A stretch of 64,000 nucleotides of DNA from Acetobacterales bacterium. GTDB lineage: Bacteria > Pseudomonadota > Alphaproteobacteria > Acetobacterales > Acetobacteraceae. The first letter of the stretch is position 1; every line of letters starts with the position of its first letter. The translations under genes and the position numbers were made by a program. The DNA is taken from the NCBI GenBank assembly GCA_038249305.1, contig JBBRWI010000001.1:1172-65171 (forward strand), in the 5' to 3' direction. This document shows, piece by piece, positions 60,329 to 64,000 of this stretch. The notes under the pieces are model-generated. The model had not been told where the DNA came from. It was given only the letters and a program-made list of their open reading frames with translations, and did not search any database.

Positions 60329-61752
60329 GGCAACCGCATCAGCCACCCCACCACCCGCTTCACCACCGGCTTGAGCAACCGCGGCGCATAATACTGTCCC
60401 GCCGCGCGCTTGGCTGCCTCCGGCAGGGTCGGATACGGCAGCACCAGCCCGGCCAGCGCCGACAGCGGCACCCGGCGCGCGATCATCAACCCAAAGATCC
60501 CGGCCCAGTCCCCGGCGCCCGGCGCCAGCACCGTCGCACCCACCAGCCGCGCGCGGCGGTCCAGCACCAGTTTCACGATCCCCGCCTCGATCCCTTCGGC
60601 GACCGCGCGGTCGTTCTCGGCCAGCGGCCAGCGGACCACCTCGGCACAGGTGCCGGCGGCCCGGGCCTCGGCCTCGGTCAGCCCGACCTGGGCCAGTTCC
60701 GGGTCGCAGTAGGTGACCCGCGGCAGGGCGGCGTAGGACAGCCGGGTCGGCAGGCGGAACAGCATCGACCGCACGATCAGGCCGGCGTGCTGGCTCGCGA
60801 CATGGGTGAAGGCGCGCGGGCCGATGCCCGCGGGGTCGGCGATGTCGCCCGTAGCCCAGACGCGTCGGTTGCTGCGGCTGCGCAGGTCGGGGCCGACGGC
60901 GATGCCCTGCCGGGTCGCCTCGATCCCGGCCGTGGCCAGGTCGAGTGCCGCCAGCCGCGGCGCCCGGCCCAGCGCCAGCAGCAGATGGCTGCCAGCGACG
61001 CGGGTGCCATCGGCCAGCAGCAGCGCGATGCCTTCCGCGTCGGCTTCGGCGGCGATGGCAGCAGCACCCTCGATGATCGTGACACCATCGCGGCGCAGCG
61101 CGCGGCGCAGGGCATCCACCGCTTCCGGGTCCTCGCGCGCGGCGATGCTGGGGGCGGCTTCGACCAGAGTGACGGCGCAGCCCAGGCGGGCATGCGCCTG
61201 GGCCATCTCGATCCCGATCGGCCCGCCGCCCAGGATCAGCAGGTGGGCGGGGGCCTCGGCCAGGTCGAACAGCGTCTCGTTGGTCAGGTACGGCAGGCCG
61301 GACAGGCCGGGCAGGTCCGGCACGATGGCGGCCGACCCGGCGGCGATGACGCAACGGCGAAAGCGGATACGCCGGGTGCCGGCCTCGATTTCGTCCGGCG
61401 CCGTGAAATGCGCCGCGGCGCGGATGACATCCACCCCCATGCCCCGGAAGCGTTCGGCCGAATCATTCGGCGCGATCGCTGCGATGGCGCCCTGGACATG
61501 CGCCTGGACGGCCGGCCAATCCACCGTAACCTCGCCGGTGCGGACACCGAAGCGCCCGGCCTCCCGCGCGGCCTGCGCCGCATGGGCCGCGGCCAGCAAT
61601 GCCTTGGACGGCACGCAGCCAAAATTCAGGCAGTCGCCGCCCATCGCCCCGCGTTCGACCAGCACGACTCGCAGGCCGAGCGCGGCCGAGATCGTCGCGA
61701 CGGAAAGCCCCGCGGCGCCGGCGCCGATGATCGCGATATCCGTGCTATCCAT
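60325..61752 (-). CDS. FAD-dependent pyridine nucleotide-disulfide oxidoreductase (dihydrolipoamide dehydrogenase / mercuric reductase-like)
   Basis: ATG at 61752 gives DIAIIGAGAAG. Redox-active GGDCLNFGCVPSK and a second dinucleotide fold LLILGGGPIGIEMA. Confidence 0.8.
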   Translation of the reverse strand: MDSTDIAIIGAGAAGLSVATISAALGLRVVLVERGAMGGDCLNFGCVPSKALLAAAHAAQAAREAGRFGVRTGEVTVDWPAVQAHVQGAIAAIAPNDSAERFRGMGVDVIRAAAHFTAPDEIEAGTRRIRFRRCVIAAGSAAIVPDLPGLSGLPYLTNETLFDLAEAPAHLLILGGGPIGIEMAQAHARLGCAVTLVEAAPSIAAREDPEAVDALRRALRRDGVTIIEGAAAIAAEADAEGIALLLADGTRVAGSHLLLALGRAPRLAALDLATAGIEATRQGIAVGPDLRSRSNRRVWATGDIADPAGIGPRAFTHVASQHAGLIVRSMLFRLPTRLSYAALPRVTYCDPELAQVGLTEAEARAAGTCAEVVRWPLAENDRAVAEGIEAGIVKLVLDRRARLVGATVLAPGAGDWAGIFGLMIARRVPLSALAGLVLPYPTLPEAAKRAAGQYYAPRLLKPVVKRVVGWLMRLP

Positions 61753-61842
61753 GGCGTCGCCGCTCCGAAGGTTTTTGGGCGGTCGGACCCTAGGCCACGG
61801 CGCCTGTCGCGGAAACCACCAGCCCGCCCCGCACCGGCGCGG

Positions 61843-61872
61843 TTGACGCGACCGGCCCCGGCTACCTATACA
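61843..61872 (+). promoter_or_regulatory. Candidate promoter for rpmH-rnpA-yidD-yidC
   Basis: TTGACG (61843-61848), an 18-nt spacer, then TATACA (61867-61872). It lies about 85 nt upstream of the rpmH GTG. Confidence 0.3.
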
Positions 61873-61955
61873 GCGCGCTTCCCGCCGGGGCGCCCTGCCG
61901 CCGGCAGTTTTCTGCGCCGGTCCTGTGCGGCGCGCGATCATCAGGAGTTGCCGTC

Positions 61956-62090
61956 GTGAAGCGGACCTACCAGCCCTCCAAGCTCGTGCGGAAGCGCCGC
62001 CACGGGTTTCGCAGCCGCATGGAGACCGTGGGCGGTCGCAACATCATCGCCAACCGCCGCTCCAAGGGCCGCAAGAAGCTGTCGGCCTGA
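61956..62090 (+). CDS. rpmH: 50S ribosomal protein L34
   Basis: Not in the ORF track (44 codons, GTG start after AGGAG). Translation is (M)[43 protein letters not shown]. Confidence 0.95.
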   Translation: MKRTYQPSKLVRKRRHGFRSRMETVGGRNIIANRRSKGRKKLSA

Positions 62091-62185
62091 GGTCGGGCCA
62101 CACCTGTTCGGCAGCGCCGCCCCGGCCGAAAACGCCCCGATTGGCCGCTTTCCCGGATCTCGGCCTTCGCGGGGGGATATCACCC

Positions 62186-62539
62186 ATGGCCTTGGTCCGA
62201 TTGACGCGCCGGCGCGAATTTCTCCGGGTCGCCGGCAAGGGTCGGCGCGCCGCCCGAGATGGGCTGGTGCTGCAGGCCCTGGCGCAACCCGGCGCGGCCT
62301 TGCGGGTCGGTTTCACCGTGACCAAGAAAGTCGGCAACGCCGTGGTGCGCAACCGTGCGAAGCGGCGGCTGCGTGAGGCCGCGCGCGCGGTGCTCGGGGC
62401 CGCCCCGCCGCCCGGCTGGGACCTGGTGCTCATCGGCCGCGACCAGACACCGACGCGGCGTTTCGCGGCCCTGGTCGGCGATCTGCGCGGCGCGCTCGGC
62501 ACGCTGGGCGTGATCCCCAAGGGCACGACGCCCCCATGA
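62186..62539 (+). CDS. rnpA: Ribonuclease P protein component
   Basis: ATG at 62186. LTRRREFLRV...VGFTVTKKVGNAVVRNRAKRRLRE (RNR motif). Confidence 0.9.
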   Translation: MALVRLTRRREFLRVAGKGRRAARDGLVLQALAQPGAALRVGFTVTKKVGNAVVRNRAKRRLREAARAVLGAAPPPGWDLVLIGRDQTPTRRFAALVGDLRGALGTLGVIPKGTTPP

Positions 62540-62790
62540 GCCCCGCGGCCCATGCCCTGCGGGCCGCGGTGGTGACCTACCGCTGGACCTTGCGGCCCTT
62601 CATCGGGCCGCATTGCCGCTTCCACCCGCATTGCAGCGACTACGCGATGGAGGCCCTGGCCACCCATGGCGCCCTGCGTGGAAGTTTCATGACGGTCCGC
62701 CGGATTGGCCGTTGTAATCCCTGGCATCCCGGCGGCTACGATCCCGTACCGCCGCCCCGCTTCACCTGCGACGCCCCCCGCGCCACCTGA
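62536..62790 (+). CDS. yidD: Membrane protein insertion efficiency factor YidD
   Basis: YRWTLRPFIGPHCRFHPHCSDYAMEAL...RIGRCNPWHPGGYDPVP. Confidence 0.9.
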   Translation: MSPAAHALRAAVVTYRWTLRPFIGPHCRFHPHCSDYAMEALATHGALRGSFMTVRRIGRCNPWHPGGYDPVPPPRFTCDAPRAT

Positions 62791-62823
62791 CGCGCGACCG
62801 CCGCGACCCCAACCGAGAGCCCG

Positions 62824-64000
62824 ATGGACAATAAGCGCCTGCTTGCCGCGATCGCGATCTCGATCGGGATCCTGTTGCTCTTCGACGTGTACAACCGGCC
62901 GCAACGCGATGCGGCGAACCGCGCGGCACAGCAGCAATCGGAGCAGGTCGCGCCCCCCCGCCCGGTCGATGCGGCGGGCGTGCCGCTGCCGCCGGCCCTC
63001 ACTGTCGCGCCCAATGCGGCAATCGTCGCGGCCGGGCCGGCCAGCGGTAGCGAGGCCGCCGCCGCCGCCCGCCCAGCCGCGGCCCGCATGGTGATCGAAA
63101 GCCCCCGCGTCGCCGGCAGCCTGAACCTGCGCGGCGCGCGCCTGGATGACCTCGTGCTGCGCGACTACCGGGATACGGTGGCGCCCAACAGCCCGCTGGT
63201 GCGCCTGTTCGCCGGGCGCGACGATCTGCAACCCTATTTCGCCCAATGGGGCTGGACCGCCGCCGATGGCCGCACCGCGGTCCCGGGGCCGGAGACCGAC
63301 TGGACCGCCTCGCCCGGGCCACTGTCGCCCAGCAACCCCATCCTGCTGACCTGGAACAATGGCGCCGGCGTGACCTTTCACATCGCCATGAGCCTTGACG
63401 CCAACTACATGTTCTCGGTCGATCAGCGGGCGGTGAACAACACGGCCGAACCGATCTCGGTGCTGCCCTGGTCGCGCATCCGGCGCGAACGCACGCCGCA
63501 GGTCGCGGGCTTCTATCTCCTGCACGAGGGCTTCATCGGCGTGCTGGATGGCCGCCTGACCGAAACCACCTATTCCGATGCCAAGACCGAGGCGAACAAG
63601 CGCCGCGGCCCGGCGCTGGAGATTGAAAGCCCGGGCGGCTGGGCCGGCTTGACCGACAAGTATTGGCTGGCAGCGATCCTGCCCGCGGCGCAGCAGCCTG
63701 ACGCGCCGCGCCAGCGCTTTGCCTTCCGCCACATCGCCGATGGCGGGACGGCGGCGACCAACGACCGCTGGCAGGTCGATCTGGCCCCGCCGGCGGCCGA
63801 GACCATCGGCGCCGGGGCGACCGGCAACCTGACCAGCCGGCTCTTCGCCGGGGCCAAGGAAGTCCGCCTGCTGGATGCCTATCGCGAAACCCTGGCGATC
63901 GTCGACTTCGACAAGGCGATCGATTTCGGCTGGTTCTACTTCATGACCAAGCCGTTCTTCTACGCGCTGGACTGGCTGTTCCACCAGACTGGCAACTTCG
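62824..64000 (+). CDS. yidC: Membrane protein insertase YidC, 3' end cut by window edge
   Basis: ATG at 62824 gives MDNKRLLAAIAISIGILLLF. The frame is open to the window end. The periplasmic domain is followed by ...FGWFYFMTKPFFYALDWLF. It is not listed in the ORF track because no stop lies in the window. Confidence 0.9.
   Translation, partial: MDNKRLLAAIAISIGILLLFDVYNRPQRDAANRAAQQQSEQVAPPRPVDAAGVPLPPALTVAPNAAIVAAGPASGSEAAAAARPAAARMVIESPRVAGSLNLRGARLDDLVLRDYRDTVAPNSPLVRLFAGRDDLQPYFAQWGWTAADGRTAVPGPETDWTASPGPLSPSNPILLTWNNGAGVTFHIAMSLDANYMFSVDQRAVNNTAEPISVLPWSRIRRERTPQVAGFYLLHEGFIGVLDGRLTETTYSDAKTEANKRRGPALEIESPGGWAGLTDKYWLAAILPAAQQPDAPRQRFAFRHIADGGTAATNDRWQVDLAPPAAETIGAGATGNLTSRLFAGAKEVRLLDAYRETLAIVDFDKAIDFGWFYFMTKPFFYALDWLFHQTGNF

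Noticed and set aside
47694-61752. A tRNA-Asn-flanked genomic island carrying the phn locus; likewise tRNA-Gln with 4595..8184.
   Set aside because: There is no integrase or other mobility gene. I saw no direct repeat of either tRNA 3' end, and no sustained GC shift, only short AT-rich promoter patches.

Overview
High-GC (~70%) chromosomal segment, probably from an alphaproteobacterium. The lineage is inferred from a PopZ/DUF2497 homologue and the valS-popZ-tolC-pcm and rpmH-rnpA-yidD-yidC gene orders. All calls come from reading the translated ORFs and the DNA by eye; no database search was run. Content is mostly core or metabolic. In order it contains: pckA (5' partial), a TPR lipoprotein with ispE, tRNA-Gln, a flavocytochrome-c sulfide dehydrogenase pair, ppa, ispB and an RND efflux pair. 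Next comes a large divergent peptide/hydantoinase locus (family-5 SBP, DppBCDF-like ABC transporter and HyuB/HyuA on one strand, M28 and M20 peptidases on the other). Then follow a DUF4212/sodium:solute symporter pair, a patatin lipoprotein, ALDH-SDR-ilvD-valS, popZ-like, tolC, pcm, tRNA-Cys and tRNA-Asn. The last part holds a C-P lyase locus (phnF, phnGHIJKLM-DUF1045, phnN, plus a second phnM paralogue), a GGT-like protein and rpmH-rnpA-yidD-yidC (3' partial). I found no transposase, integrase, CRISPR array or recognisable defence system, so I cannot point to a clear novel multi-gene system. The most unusual observations are: (1) the ABC substrate-binding protein of the peptide locus looks like a circular permutation of the family-5 SBP fold; (2) a perfect 108-bp double-hairpin element occurs twice in inverted orientation 33 kb apart, each copy abutting a gene 3' end; (3) a ~208-bp nested AT-centred palindrome lies between the convergent DUF1045 and phnN genes; (4) a head-to-head scar of a second hyuB/hyuA pair; (5) a frameshifted secreted protein gene running into the repeat element; (6) a 3 x 42-bp tandem repeat in the PopZ-like linker. 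Many very long ORFs in the track are antisense artefacts of the high GC content.
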